Assembly (NCBI GenBank): GCA_951406725.2
Contig: OX597816.1
Span: 182,032,001-182,096,000 of the forward strand
Length of the DNA: 64,000 nt
Direction of reading: 5' to 3'
Source: Octopus vulgaris
Taxonomy: Eukaryota
The notes beneath the pieces are model-generated. The model saw only the letters and a program-made list of their open reading frames with translations. It did no database searches and had not been told where the DNA came from. Shown here one piece after another: positions 12,780 through 26,162 of this stretch; the stretch's first letter is position 1; each line of letters starts with the position of its first letter. The position numbers and the translations under genes were made by a program.

Positions 12780-13390
12780 AAATCAAATCAAATCAAATTT
12801 ATGGGCAGGAGAAGAGCACAATGTGCTTAAGCCATGTAAAAAAGGAACCCAGTTATTGTTATAAACAGTTTTATACATAGTTGACACAGTTGTCCAGAGC
12901 CTCTTTGAACAGGGGAATGGTGGGCAGTTGAATGACATCTTGTGGTAGCTTGTTCCATGGGGCTGCCAAACGGATGAAGAATGCAGCCTGCCTGTTGAGA
13001 GTCAAAAGTGACAGAGATAGAGTTTGCGATTATGCCCACAAAGACCCCTATCCGGCGCAGGGGTAAAAAACTCCACAAATGGTAGGTTTACATTCTCATT
13101 GAAGATGTTGGAAGCCAGGATGAGATCTCCCTGCATCCTCCATTGTTCGAGTGAAGGTAATGCCAGCCGTTGGAGACGTTCCTCATACGTAAGCTTAGAC
13201 AAGCCTGCAACCATTCGGGTGGCTAAGTGCTGAACCCGTTCCAAGTGCTGAATGTCTTTCTGGAGATATGAGTTTGAGGCCTGGATGCAACATTCGAGGA
13301 TGGGTCAAACTAAAGTGACGTATAAAGGCCAAAAGACATCCATTGAAAGGTTGACAAAGGACCAGCAGATGAGGAAAAGATTCCTTCTGG
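12780..13390 (-). mobile_element. CR1-type LINE 3' fragment
   Basis: ERVQHLATRMVAGLSKLTYEERLQRLALPSLEQ; (ATTTG)n tail at 12779-12797. Confidence 0.85.
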
Positions 13391-13692
13391 CTGGTGTCCC
13401 CAGCTGGCCAGCTCCTGTCAAACTATCCAACCCATGCCAGTAAAGAAAATGGACATTAAATGATGACGATGTTGATGACACACACACACACACACACACA
13501 CACAACATTCATATGCATATTGTATATTATGTATGTATTACAAACAGATAAATATATGGACACATGGAGAGAGAGAGAGAGGGAGAGAGTAATGCACACA
13601 TGCTTGAAAATGTTCATCTTAATGTATGCAACAACACTGTATTTTTTTCCATTTGTAATCCAGTGGATCCATTTGCTGATAATAATCATTCA

Positions 13693-13726
13693 ATGCAAAT
13701 ATCGGAAGACACAACAACTTCTCCAG
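13693..13726 (+). CDS. CCDC122: Coiled-coil protein (CCDC122-like), coding exon 1 (exon 13664-13726, putative ATG 13693)
   Basis: Acceptor TTTGTAATCCAG|; MQISEDTTTSP+G; donor AG|GTAATA (phase 1). Confidence 0.55.
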
Positions 13727-13941
13727 GTAATATTTTTCATACATTTTATATTTTTTATCTTTTGGACTAGAAATGCTGGGACCTCAGTAATTATTCTATA
13801 GGGGATGTAAACAAACCAACACCATTTGTCAAGTGGTGGTGGAGGACAAACTCAACCACTCACTCACATAATATATATCTGTGTGTGTCTATTTACTTTT
13901 ATCAAAAATTTAAAATATATATATTTTTCATTTTCAATTTG

Positions 13942-13991
<50 letters not shown>

Positions 13992-13993
<2 letters not shown>

Positions 13994-14180
13994 GGTGCAG
14001 AAAAATTCCTGGCTTTGGGTAAAAGAAAATACAGGAGGATTCTCAGATTCACTCAAATTTGCATATTAATTGCAGTGGTCCTTCAGTTTTTCTAAGCCCT
14101 GAAAAAGAACTTGGGAGGTGAGGCCTCCAAGCCAGCCTTTCATGAGACCCTTAAAGCCAGGAACTTTTCAGCATCCCCTG
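13992..14180. mobile_element. Mariner-like MITE
   Basis: TIR-like GGGGTGCAGAAAAATTCCTGGCTTT / AAAGCCAGGAACTTTTCAGCATCCCC in a TA context. Confidence 0.65.
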
Positions 14181-14479
14181 TATAAGTATGTGTGTGTGTG
14201 TGTGTGTGATCTCACTGGTGCTGGCACCATGCTAAAAGCACCCAGTATACTCTGTAAATTAGTTGACGTTAAGGAGGGCAGCCAACTGTAGAAACCATGC
14301 CAAAGCAGACAACTGACCTGCCAACTTCTGTGAAACCATCCAACCCATGCCAGCATGAAAAAACAGACGTTAAATGATGGTGTTGATGATGATAATGATA
14401 CAAACCTGCTGTTTTAAGCACTTGGCTGGGAACCAGTATCGTAGTGATGTTGATATCATATCTGTTGTGGATGACCTTT

Positions 14480-14650
14480 TTGACCAACAGGAGGAAATCT
14501 TTTGCATTAATGGGATCCAAGCATTGCAACACTAATGGAAGAAGTGTGTGGACCACAAAGGGGACTCTGTTGAAAAATAAACCTCATTTAGTCACATTCC
14601 ATGAGAGTCTCTTGATCATCCAATGAACTTCCCAGCTGACATTTGTAAAT
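14480..14650 (+). mobile_element. Mariner transposase 3' remnant
   Basis: Reads NGIQALQH*WKKCVDHKGDSVEK*, the typical mariner C-terminus. Confidence 0.7.
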
Positions 14651-14760
14651 CTGCCTGCTTTTTGTCTTAATAATGAGCAAAGTGATGACATTCTGTATGA
14701 TTTATATAATTTCATCTTGGAAAATAAACATTTTATTTTTACTTTTTTTATATATTTTAG

Positions 14761-14867
14761 CTTTAGGGAGATTGGAACTACCTGGGGTTGTAAGAGAATT
14801 ATCTAACATACATAAAGGACAGACTTGGAAATTAAGAAACCAGAAGCAGACATCGGAGAACTTGAAG
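14761..14867 (+). CDS. CCDC122: CCDC122-like coding exon 2
   Basis: TATATTTTAG|CTTTAGGG...TTGAAG|GTAATT; (A)LGRLELPGVVRELSNIHKGQTWKLRNQKQTSENLK; phase 1 to 0. Confidence 0.7.
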
Positions 14868-16715
14868 GTAATTTTCTTATGTGGTTTCAGTATTTGGTTT
14901 ATTGGTAATCATCATCATCATCATCATTGTTTAGCGTCCTCTTTCCATGCTGGCACGGGCTGGACAGATTGCTGTCTAGACTTCAGTTGTCTGTTGCAGT
15001 ATTGTTTCTACAGCTGGATGCCCTTCCTAATGCTATCCACTTAACAGAATGTGCTGGGTGCTTTTTATGCACCAGTGGCTTGGGTACATCTACATACCAC
15101 TGGTACGGGTCTGTTAACGCAGCACCAACATGGGTATTTCTTAAGTGACACCAGCACTTAAAGGACAAGCCTGTGTGTAGAAGACACACAAATTGCCACA
15201 ATGAAATGGCAATGGTTTGTAGAAATGAGAATGGTTCAGTGATTGAGTGAAATATCACTGAGAGAGAAAAGAATATGCAAATAATGGATTGCTGAGGGTG
15301 ATGGGATGACATGGATGAATCATGTGCTGGGGAAGGATGAAAGCAACTAAATGAGAAGAGTATTGGAAACATATGTGAAAAGAAATAGAGGAAGAAGAAG
15401 AAGAAGAGCTAAAAAGACACGGTTAAAGATATTATAGAAAGAAAGAAAATAAAGAGGGTTGATGATGTATGATGCAGAAGCTAGTACAAAATGGGGGAAA
15501 CAGTCAAAGGGATCAATGTACTTAAAACACTTTGATTTGCAGGTATTTCTGAACTATTTTCCATAACTTCAATGGGTTACGAAGGATTAAAAGAAAGAGG
15601 GTTGATGAGGTGTGATGTAGAGGATAGTACAAAATGGAGAGAACTGTCATAGGGCTCAATGTCCTTAAAACACTCTGATTTGTGACTGTTTGTTAAATTA
15701 TCTGTTTTCCATAATTTCAGTGGGTTAGGTCTGTTATAATCCATTTGACTAATAAGGATGGAGCTTAACTTAGTGTCCGTGGCATATAAGTGACAGAGAA
15801 TACAATGCTCCCACTGAATGGGACACAGGTCTGTTTTAAGGTTAATATCCCCGCTATTGGTGGAACTCATTTACAGCTGAGTGGACTGGGGCAATGTGAA
15901 ATGAAGTGTTCTGCCCAAGAATACAACATGTCACCCACAATTTTATGATTGCTTGTACAACACTCTAACCATAAGGCCAGGTAGCTTTACCTCTAACTTC
16001 AGTAACAAATATTTAAATCTGTAAGAATTAACACTTCCTTCTCCAAGCCTAGATTCGAAACCGAATCCAAGAATTCTCAGTCGTTCAAACCACGACGATC
16101 AACAGGCGCGAAAAAAGGTTTTCTTTGTCCTGTCAAACATTGATTGATCATCTCCCTTTGACCTGCGACCTCAGCATGTCAGGCAAAGTTCAACTGGACA
16201 GGGCTGACCTATTTAGGTACAAACTCTGCTGCAGTATGTCTGTCTTTCTAGCTGCCACAAATATTATAAATATGGTGGTGAAACAAGAAAGCAGGCAGAC
16301 AGACGAGAAAGATCTACAACACGACAGAAGGCAGAGACCGAGAGAAATGTTCAAAGTGCTATGATAAACTACTGTCTCAAATGAACCACGCGCACACACA
16401 AACATATTCATTCCTGATATGACACCCACAAATGTACTCTGTATTTCTAGCAACTCATAGCAGTTGCCAACATTTTGTATGTAGTGTATCTCTAACGAAT
16501 CAAGTCCTGTAAATAAATTCTTTTCAATTATGGATCGGTTCACGTATTTATTTACATACACATTCCATTTGCATCTGTGTTCCATGATACACACTTAACC
16601 ACTACAAATCTTTTTGGGCCTTGTGGAGCCAGTGACAGGTAACCTAGACCTTTGGTGATATACTATTGCTTGTGAAGACCTCTCAAGCCAGGTGAGATTG
16701 TAGTCGTGACCAATA

Positions 16716-17062
16716 GGTGCAGGAGTGGCTGTGTGGTAAGTAGCTTGCTTACCAACCACATGGTTCCGGGTTCTGTCCCACTGTATGCACCTTGGGCAGT
16801 GTCTTCTTCTATAGCCTTGGGCCGACCAAAACCTTGTGAGTGGATGTGGTTGACGGAAAGTGAAAGAAGCCCACCGTATATCTTTATATATATAAAACTG
16901 AGAATGTGTGTCTGTCTGTGTGTTTCCCTAAAACTTGAGAACTACCCAACCAATTTCATTCAAATTTTACACATGCCTTACTTAGTGTCTTCTACTATAG
17001 TCTCAGGTTGACCAAAGCCTTGTGAATGATGGATTTGATAGACAGAAACTGAAAAAAGCCAA
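16716..17062 (+). mobile_element. tRNA-derived SINE head interrupted by a Helitron-like 5' segment (about 16881-17000)
   Basis: GGTGCAGGAGTGGCTGTGTGGTAAGTAGC head; insert starts TCTTTATATATATAAAACTGAGAATGTGTGTCTGTCTG. Confidence 0.65.
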
Positions 17063-17063
17063 A

Positions 17064-17111
<48 letters not shown>

Positions 17112-17114
17112 GAT

Positions 17115-17942
17115 ATATGGTCATATGGTCATGTGGCGAGAATGGATGAAGATAGTTGTGTGAAAAAGTGCCACACCCTAGCGGTTGAGGGAACCTGTGG
17201 AAGAGGCAGACCCAGGAAAACCTGGGACGAGGTGGTGAAGCACGACCTTCGAACTTTAGGTCTCTCCGAGGAAATGACTAGAGACCGAGACCTCTGGAAG
17301 TGTGCTGTGCGCGAGAAGACCCGGCAGGACAAGTGAGTCCACAACCCGTGGCCTTCTACATGGGATGGAGCCAGCCTACGTATGCATACCTTCCCTTCTT
17401 GGGACACAAAACTCTACTTGTGAAGACGTGTTGAGGCAAGTGAGGATCAGAATCGAAATCGATCAATGGAAATTGCGGATGTGCTACCAGTGCCGGTGGC
17501 ATGTCGAAACTCTGCTTGTGAAGACCCATTGAGGCAAGTGAGGATCAGAATCGAAATCGATCAATGGAAATCGATCAATGGAAATTGCAGATGTGTTACC
17601 AGTGCCGGTGGCATGTAAGAGAACCTTCCGTTTCACGACCGTTGCCAGCACCGCCCCGTTTCGTGTTCGTTGCCAGCCTCGCCTGGCCCTCGTGCCGGTG
17701 GCACATAAAAAACACCATCCGTTCGTGGCCGTTTGCCAGCTCTGGCTGGCACCAGTGCGGGTGGCACGTAAAAAGCACCCACTACACTCACGGAGTGGTT
17801 GGCGTTAGGAAGGGCATCCAGCCGTAGAAACACTGCCAGATTTGACTGGGCCTGATGAAGCCTTCTGGCTTCACAGACCCCAGCAGAACCGTCCAACCCA
17901 TGCTAGCATGGAAAACGGACGCTAAATGATGATGATGATGAT
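17115..17942 (+). mobile_element. 5'-truncated RTE LINE (C-terminus and 3' UTR)
   Basis: YGHVARMDEDSCVKKC...GRGRPRKTWDEVV; UTR with GTGCCGGTGGCAC subrepeats and (GAT)n tail. Confidence 0.9.
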
Positions 17943-18354
17943 ATATATATATATATATATATAAATACATATATATACGTATGTATGTATGTATTTATGT
18001 GTGTGTCTGTATTTGTCCCCCATCATCATTTGACAACTGATGCTGGTATGTCTATGTCTCCTTAACTTAGCAGCTTGGCAAAAGTAACCAATAGAATAAG
18101 TACTAGGCTTACAAAATGACTAAGTCATGGGGTCGATTTGTTCAACTAAAACCCTTTACAGCAGTGCTCCAGCATGGCCGAAGTCAAATGACTGAAACGA
18201 GCAAAAGAATGAAAGAGTAAACAAGCATCGCATTTGACAGTGTGATATTGTTTGTGTTGTTGTTGTGGCTTATTTTTGAGAATGAATAACGAACTTACTT
18301 TTTTTTTCAAAAATAAGCCACAACAACAACACAAACAATATCAATATTACTCTT

Positions 18355-18760
18355 CTTACTCTTTTACTTGTTTCAGTCATTTGACTGCGGCCATGCTGGA
18401 GCACCACCTTTAGTCGAGCAAATCGACCCCGGGACTTATTCTTTGTAAGCCCAGTACTTATTCTATTGGTCTCTTTTTGCCGAACCGCTAAGTGACGAGG
18501 ACGTAAACACACCAGCATCGGTTGTCAAGCAATGCTAGGGGGACAAACACAGGCACACAAACACACACACATACATATATATATATACATATACGATGGG
18601 CTTCTTTCAGTTTCCGTCTACCAAATCCACTCACAAGGCTTTGGTCAGCCCGGGGCTATAGCAGAAGACACTTGCCCAAGATGCCACACAGTGGGACTGA
18701 ACCCGGAACCATGTGGTTGGTTAGCAAGCTACTTACCACACAGCCACTCCTACGCCTATG
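18355..18760 (-). mobile_element. tRNA-derived SINE, near full length
   Basis: Reverse complement of 23434-23805; tail-to-tail with a plus-strand SINE tail at about 18000-18220. Other copies at 19735-19930 (-), 21360-21810 (-) and 47985-48150 (+). Confidence 0.85.
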
Positions 18761-21544
18761 TTCTGTTTGTTTCTGTGAGTCTAATTCTTTATGGGAACAC
18801 ACCCCACGATTGTTGATTTTTTTGTCTGCTAGTTGTTGTTTGACAAAATTAGGAGCATGTCATGTGCATTGTTCTGAACTCCTGATAAACAAAGTTAAAT
18901 GTCACCCAAACACAAATGTTCCTCTTTGCTTGACACAAAATATAAATGTTGAATTTAAATGTAGGGAAAATCAAAAATAGCAATTGTGGAGATTTTTCAA
19001 CTGAACAATATATAAATGAGGATGTAAGTGTGAAGGAAAGGAGGTAAGGGTGTAAACTGACACTTGTAGTTTTAAAGCAATTTAGCAGACACTATGTTGA
19101 CATTGCCAACGCTTAAATGTTTTCATACAAGCGATAAACTGACTATAAAAGTTAAAAAAGAAAAAGTTAGAGAGAGAGAGAGGGAGGAGGGATGGAAAGA
19201 AGGAGGAGGAGGAGGAGGAGAAGAAGAAGAAGAAGAAGAAGAAGTTTTTAACTATAGTTTCATTCAGCTGTGTTGTGGAATGCTGTTATTGATAGGTCAC
19301 CATTTACTTGTTTGAAAACAAGGAAGAAAACTTTGGATAACATCATTATGCAAGCAGACATATGACCAAAGACATTCTGGTGACACCAATTCTGTTATTT
19401 TGTGCCTCATATTGAGTCTCCTGTGTTATAGGATGAAATTAGAAAATTTATAAAATTCTTCATAAAGTTATGTGGATATCAAAACCCTCTGAATCATAAA
19501 TGTGATTGGAATAATTATATAAAATATATTTCTAATTAAATTTGTTACCTATATGTTAGTAATAATTCTTAAAAACAATCAAGAATTTAATTACTTTTAG
19601 CACAATACCTCACATTTATTTTGATAAGTTGCTTTTTGGAACATAATTTAACAAAAGGTCATTATCATTTAACGTCTGTTTTCCGAAAAGTTTAATAAAA
19701 CAGAAACAGAGGCTGTTTCATATAGTATCCTATTTTTTTACTTGTTTCAGTCATTTGACTGTGGCTGTGCTGGAGCACCACCTTTAGTCGAGCAAATCAA
19801 CCCCAGGACTTATTCTTTGGAAGCCTGTTACTTATTCTGTCAGTCTCTTTTGCTGAATCACTAAGTTACAGGGACGTAAACACACCAGCATTGGTTGTCA
19901 AGCGGTGTTGCTGGGGACAAACACAGACACATAAACATATACACACACATACACATATATATATATATACATACTAGCATTAAAGACCTGTCGTTGCCGG
20001 GTCATAGTGCTAGTGCATGTATATATGTGTATATATATGTGTACATATTACATGTACATCTATTTATATACATCTACACATAAAATGCAAAATACAAAGT
20101 TATATCTTGATATCGCTAGTGATAACAATACTCAAAATATATAAACAGACTGGAATTGTTAGTTCTTCTTTTTTCTCTACATTGTATTCTTTATAGACAA
20201 TAGTCTTTTCTTTAATTTAATTTTTTATTATCCATCTGGACTATTCCATTTCTACACGCTAATTTTATTTTTAATTTATTCCCATTCATGTGAACCCACT
20301 TATTCAAGTTCAAATCATTGATGCAATTTTATACCAATTGCTATTTTTACTTTTGTTATGTTATGATTATATTATACTTTAGTTTGATTTTAATTATTAC
20401 TTACTACATATAATTCAATTGTTATTATTATTTTTATTGTTAAAGTGAAAGCATCAGACATAAAATAGAGAAATATTTTTGTTTCACTTTTAACATGTAA
20501 TACTGAAATAGTGGAGAAGATATGATATTACTATGGGCTCGCTCTAGGCAAGAAGTTGAACATTTTTTTTTGCCCATGAAACTACATGGACCCTAAGTGG
20601 GGGGGAGAAAATCTGGTGTAGTGTTGGCAAATCTCAGAAAGCATGGAAGTTTTGAAGGATGCAGTGCTCCGACAACTAACAACTGATACTGGCAGTTTGT
20701 TCCATGCTTCAGCAACTCTCAGCATGAAAAAATTTAATTATTCAATTATTACATATATATATATGTATATATGTATATATACTATATACATATATAATGC
20801 AAAAACACTCTGCAGACTGTGATAGTCAATAAAGTAGAAATAAAATTTAAAATGTTTTATATTTTCTGTGCAGCCTGGTAATAAATGATTCATGGCTTGG
20901 TACTGGTCTGCAGCCTAGTGGTTGAGGACCCCTGGGTTAGACAATTGGCCTGAAGCTCATGAGCACTAACTTTACTCTAGTTGCTGCTTGTGCTCAAAAG
21001 AAAGGCATACTGCTGTGCTTGTTGTACTGTTGTATTCTATCAACTCATTATATACAAACAGGTTATATTCACTGAAGATGAACTTGAATAATAATGAAAC
21101 ATCTCCATAGTTATTTCCCATGCTTGCCAAAAGCCTCAATATCATTGTTGTCATCATCATTGTCGTCGTCCTCATTTGATGTCTGATTTCCTATGCTGGC
21201 ATGGGTTGGATGATTTGACATGAACAGACAAGCCAGAGAGCTGTATTGCATTCCAGTGTCTGCTTTGGCATGGTTTCTACAGCTGGATGCCCTTCATAAA
21301 GCCCATAACTCAACATAATATTCTTTTCTTCAAGCATAATTGTTTCTTTTTTATCTTTTATCATTTACTTGTTTAAGTCATTAGACAGCAGTCATTCTGG
21401 GGCACCGTCTTGAGGACTCTGGAACTTATACTATTGGTCTCTTTTGCTGATCCACAAAGTTACAGGGATGTAAACACACCAACACTGGTTGTCAAGTGGT
21501 GGTGGTAGTGGGTGAGAAACACAGACACAAGGACACATGTACAC

Positions 21545-21601
<57 letters not shown>

Positions 21602-21945
21602 CCCCCCCTACCACATACCTGCATGGAAGGCGGACGTTAAACAATGATAATGATATATATATATGACAGTCTTCTCTCAGTTTCCATCTACCAAATCCAG
21701 TCATAAAACTATAGTGGCAGACATTTGTCCAAGGTGCCACACAGTGGACCTGAACCCAGAACCATGTGGTTGGAAAGCAAACATTTTACCACACAGCAAT
21801 GCCTGTGCCTAATTCCAATTAATCTGTTCAAATGAATTAATCCCTGAATTTGTTATATTAAAACCGACTTGATTATCTGTCTGTCTATCTGCCTGTCTGT
21901 CTGTCTGCCTGCCTGTCTGTCAGTCTTCTTGTTTGTCTGTCTTAC

Positions 21946-22108
21946 TATATAAATTATTTCTCATTAGCTTTGTGATGTTCCTGGCATTGAATATCATCAT
22001 CATCATCATCATCATCGTTTAGCATCGGATGCTAAACGATGATGATGATGATGATGATGATATTCAATGCCAGGAACATCACAAAGCTAATGAGAAATAA
22101 TTTATATA
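21946..22108. repeat. Perfect palindrome, 81-bp arms, 1-nt centre
   Basis: ...CATCGTTTAGCATC-G-GATGCTAAACGATG..., symmetric about 22027. Confidence 0.95.
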
Positions 22109-22800
22109 TAAACACTAACTTATTTCTCTGTCTGTCTGTCTCATTACATAAATTTTTTCTTGATTCTAGATAGCTTTTCTATGATCCCTACATTCAATAA
22201 ATGTATTGACACTATCTTAACTACTGGGAATAAGTAAGCATGCCTCAAGGCAGCTGATAGGTTTGACATTTCCGATTCAGTTCATAATCTGTTTGTACTT
22301 TCTATTGTTTACCAACACAGAGCATTATTTTCCCCTTGGATTCTCCTGTTTCACTTTCAGTTGGACAATAAACAGAATGAGAGTCACCAAGCTATAAATG
22401 TTATTCATTCAGTATACTTTATATGTAAATAACCAAATTCACAAAACACTAAATTATTCCATTCAAGCTGTTGTGGAGAAGCAACAACAAAAGAGATGTA
22501 GGAGAAATGAAATTCGTGAACTGAAGTACCATCTTTCATGGTGAACCAGCATAGTCAGAAGTAACAATGGTTCAAAATATTTAAAGAACTGAAGAACTTC
22601 CCATTTAATTGATTTCAAAGATTAAGCACAATTGATTTGTTTGATAGATCTGTATGAGGCTGTTTGGTACAATAGTAGAACATCTGTCATGTCTGCAGGA
22701 GATATAGGTTCAAGTCTCATGAGGCATTGTTTGACGTTTTCTCAGGACAGTACTCCAGCATAACCATGGTCCAATGACTGAAAGAAGTAAAAGATAAAAG

Positions 22801-22846
<46 letters not shown>

Positions 22847-23381
22847 CAGACTTTTATGTTGACATGAGTTGGATTAGTCATCATGGTGCAAACCATTTCT
22901 TAGTGGGAGTCACTGGTATTCATACATGTCCATTAGCTTGGTTTCCATGGTTGGATGTCCTTCCTATCACTAGCTACTTTCACAGAGTGTAGTAGATGCA
23001 TTTTCTTGTGGCACCAATGCAAGAAAGATTGATAAGCCCTTGATTGGGCATGGCTACAGGTACCTCACAATCCAACTACTTCTCTGCTGGGCAATGCCAG
23101 CAGAAAAGCTAGAATGATTGGGTGTAAGGGAAAAGAGCAAGATAAGAAGAGGCAGATTTATTGTGATGTAGATGAGAGTGAAATGATGATCAAAAGCAGA
23201 GGTGAACAGAGAAAAAAGTAGGTGATGGGTGAAAGTAGAGGTGGCCAGAGAGGAGAGAAAGAAAGGGTGGCAGTACAGAAAGGGTAAAGTTAGAGAGAGA
23301 GAGTATGTGTGTTAAGTAATTATTTATATTGCCTGCAAATTTGAAAACTTTCAATTATTTTATTATTTTCTTTTCCACTAG

Positions 23382-23397
23382 GTCCAGTTGGAACAAG
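23382..23397 (+). CDS. CCDC122: CCDC122-like coding exon 3 (16-nt micro-exon)
   Basis: TTTTCTTTTCCACTAG|GTCCAGTTGGAACAAG|GTAAAG; VQLEQ+G; phase 0 to 1, needed to join the neighbouring exons. Confidence 0.65.
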
Positions 23398-23433
23398 GTA
23401 AAGTATTTCTTTTTTGTTGTATGGAGAATCTGT

Positions 23434-23805
23434 AGGTGCAGGAGTGGCTGTGTGGTAAGTAGCTTGCTTAGCAACCAGATGGTTCCGGGTTCAGTCCCAC
23501 TGCATGGCACCTTGGGCAAGTGTCTTCTACTATAGCCTCAGGCCGGCCAAAGCCTTGTGAGTGGATTTGGTAGACAGAAACTGAAAGAAGCTCATCGTAT
23601 GTGTGTGTGTGTGTCTGTGTTTGTCCCCCATCACATGACAACCAATGGTGGTGTGTTTACGTCCCCGTAACTTAGCAGTTTGGCAAAAGAGACCGATAGA
23701 ATAAGTACTGGGCTTCCAAAGAATAAGTCCTGGGGTTGATTTGCTCGACTAAAGGCGGTGCTCCAGCATGGCCACGGTCAAATGACTGAAACAAGTAAAA
23801 GAGTA
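23434..23805 (+). mobile_element. tRNA-derived SINE, near full length
   Basis: Box A/B head (TGGCTGTGTGGT...GGTTCAGTCCC), internal (TG)n, tail GGCGGTGCTCCAGCATGGCCACGGTCAAATGACTGAAAC. Confidence 0.85.
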
Positions 23806-24489
23806 AATGGTACCCCCACGATTGGCTAAGTGAACTATACTGGTTAGTATAAATGAGCATGCACAGAACAGTCTGAGAAGAGTGTCATTTGCACAGTCAT
23901 AGTGTACAGGTCGTTGGAATTATTGAATAGAGATATCATGGAGTGCTTGTTGAAGATACACATTTGGAGAGTAATAAGAGAACATTAGGAACATTTGATA
24001 TTATAACAGTTCAGATATAACAGTGATGACGAGAAGTTGTACATCATATCACTTTTCTTATATGTACCATAATTTTATTTCAGAAGTATGATTCTACAGT
24101 TGTTACTTATACTAGTAGTAAAAGTGATTGCACTGGTTTGGCACAATCAGTAGAGTACTCAGCAAGATGCATTGTGATATTTTAATTACACATCTTTAAA
24201 TTCAGGGTCCAAATATTGCCTGGGTCAGTTAACCTTTCAATCCTCTGAAGCTGATAAAATAGATTCCATTTAAGTACTGATATTGATTATAATCGATTAT
24301 TCCCTGCCTTTAAACATGAGGCTTTGTGCTTGTATTAGAAATCTGTGTGTGTGTGTATTTACTTTCTGCACTTGCATAAAAAATTGCAGAGCTATGGACA
24401 GTGATGTCTGTTGTCATTTTCCTGTCAATAAATCAGCTGGTATCTCTGTACTTTCAAAGATAAGTGAAATGAAAATATGAGGAAGAGCA

Positions 24490-25192
24490 AGGACCGATCA
24501 GGTAAAGGACCTGGGTATCTTGGTGGATTCCTCCTTTTCGCCTTCGGCCCAGTGCGTCCATGCTGCCAACAAAGCACGCGGAATTCTGTTCTTGATTCGA
24601 CGGTCATTCGGAATGCTCACAGCAGCCATATTCCTACCACTCTATGTCACGCTGGTGAGACCCATATTGGAGTATGGGATTCAAGCCTCTTCTCCTTATC
24701 TCCTCAAAGACATACAGCATCTCGAAAGAGTCCAGAAGCTGGCTACCCGCATGGTTCTTGGTCTCAAGAATTTGTCTTTTGAAGAAAGGCTGAAGATGCT
24801 CGACCTTTATTCTCTAGAAAAACGCCGCCGCTGTGGAGATCTCATTCTTGCTCACAACATCATAAGCGGAAAGTGTAACCTCTCGAAAGAGCTGTTCTTC
24901 ACTCCTGCTCTAGAGCATCGGCTGCTGGGTCATTCCGAAAAGCTCTACCTGTGACGATTTCATCTCAACCGAAGGAGAGGGGCTTTCTCTGTCCGGGTTG
25001 CGGATCCGTGGAATAAGCTGCCAGATGAGATGGTGTAGATGCCGACGACTGCTCGGTTCAAAGTCTCCCTTGACCTCAAGTGGCCTGAACTCTTTACATG
25101 AACACCACCCTGTACATAACTCCATGTCCCCCTACATGGCCTTGCTTTTTGCTTTTTGAGTCAAAAAATTAACTAAACTTAATAACTAACTA
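24490..25192 (+). mobile_element. 5'-truncated CR1 LINE, same family as 40718-43232
   Basis: LPLYVTLVRPILEYG...ERVQKLATRMV...YSLEKRRRCGDLI; (TAAC)n-like tail. Confidence 0.9.
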
Positions 25193-26023
25193 TAAAAACA
25201 ATCTCTCAAGAACGTGCATTTGTGTAACCCATGCCAGCACAGAAAAATAAGCATAAAGATGAATGAATCTCACCAACATCATCATCATTAGCATCATCAT
25301 CATTTCACATTTACTTTCCTTGCTGTTATGTGTTGGACAATTTGACAGGATCTGATCGGCTGAAAGACCACATCTTGCTCCAAAGTTTCAGTTTTGACAG
25401 GATTTCCATAGTTGGATGCTTTCCCTAACACCAACCATTTTACAGAGTGTACTGGTTGCTTGTTTTCATGGCACCATCACATTAGAGGTTGCCTTGCTCT
25501 TGGCAATACTAAAGAACTGTCTCTCAAGCCCTGTGCTGTCACTGCTTGATTTAATTTACCAACCATTTACAGAAAGTTCTGGGTGGGCTTTTTTTTTAGC
25601 TGCTCCTGCACTAGGGAATTACTTTGTGTCTCACAAAGTGAAAGAGAGCACCTGTGACTGAAAGAGCAGAAGTTATAGTATGATGGGAGAAATAGATTTG
25701 TTGTTGTAAGAGAATAGAAATGGATAGAAGAAATAGCATTGGTGGGGAATAATGGAGAAGACAGGGGGAAAAGAGGGTAGTGTGAAGGAAAGTGGTGGGT
25801 GAAGTGGTAAGAGTGATGGAATGGGTTGAGTTGTGAGTGCTCAGTGATGAAGTGGGTCAAATAGGAGGGACCCAGAGCTCTTCTATATAACATATAGTTC
25901 AGTAGTTCCCAAAGTGGGCAGTACTGCCTCTGTGGGAGCAGTGGAAAGATCCAGAGACACTGAAGAAAAGTGGGGGCAATAACGGGGTGACCAAAAGGGA
26001 GCGATTGATGTAAGAACAAATAT

Positions 26024-26162
26024 TAGGTTGTCCCAAATGTTCGTAAACACTTGTGAAAATTGAATTTTTACTCGCCAAGTACTAACAAAAACAACAAAAA
26101 TTATTCCTCAAAATAAAGACCATTATTTTCCAAGACTTTCTACAAACTTTTGGGACAACCTT
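26024..26162. mobile_element. Small Tc1/mariner-like MITE
   Basis: TIR-like AGGTTGTCCCAAA / TTTGGGACAACCT flanked by TA. Confidence 0.6.

Noticed and set aside
16140-16350. TGACCT-rich unique segment that might be an enhancer
   Set aside because: Short motifs are expected by chance, and conservation cannot be assessed from this sequence alone.
16716-16800. Functional tRNA genes at SINE heads (also 23434, 47985, 172-215)
   Set aside because: Box A/B-like motifs only, with no complete cloverleaf; continuous with SINE or repeat bodies.
22470-22540. Possible extra exon (AVVEKQQQKRCRRNEIRELKYHLS)
   Set aside because: Weak splice sites and a phase that does not fit between 14867 and 23382; the six-exon chain is complete without it.
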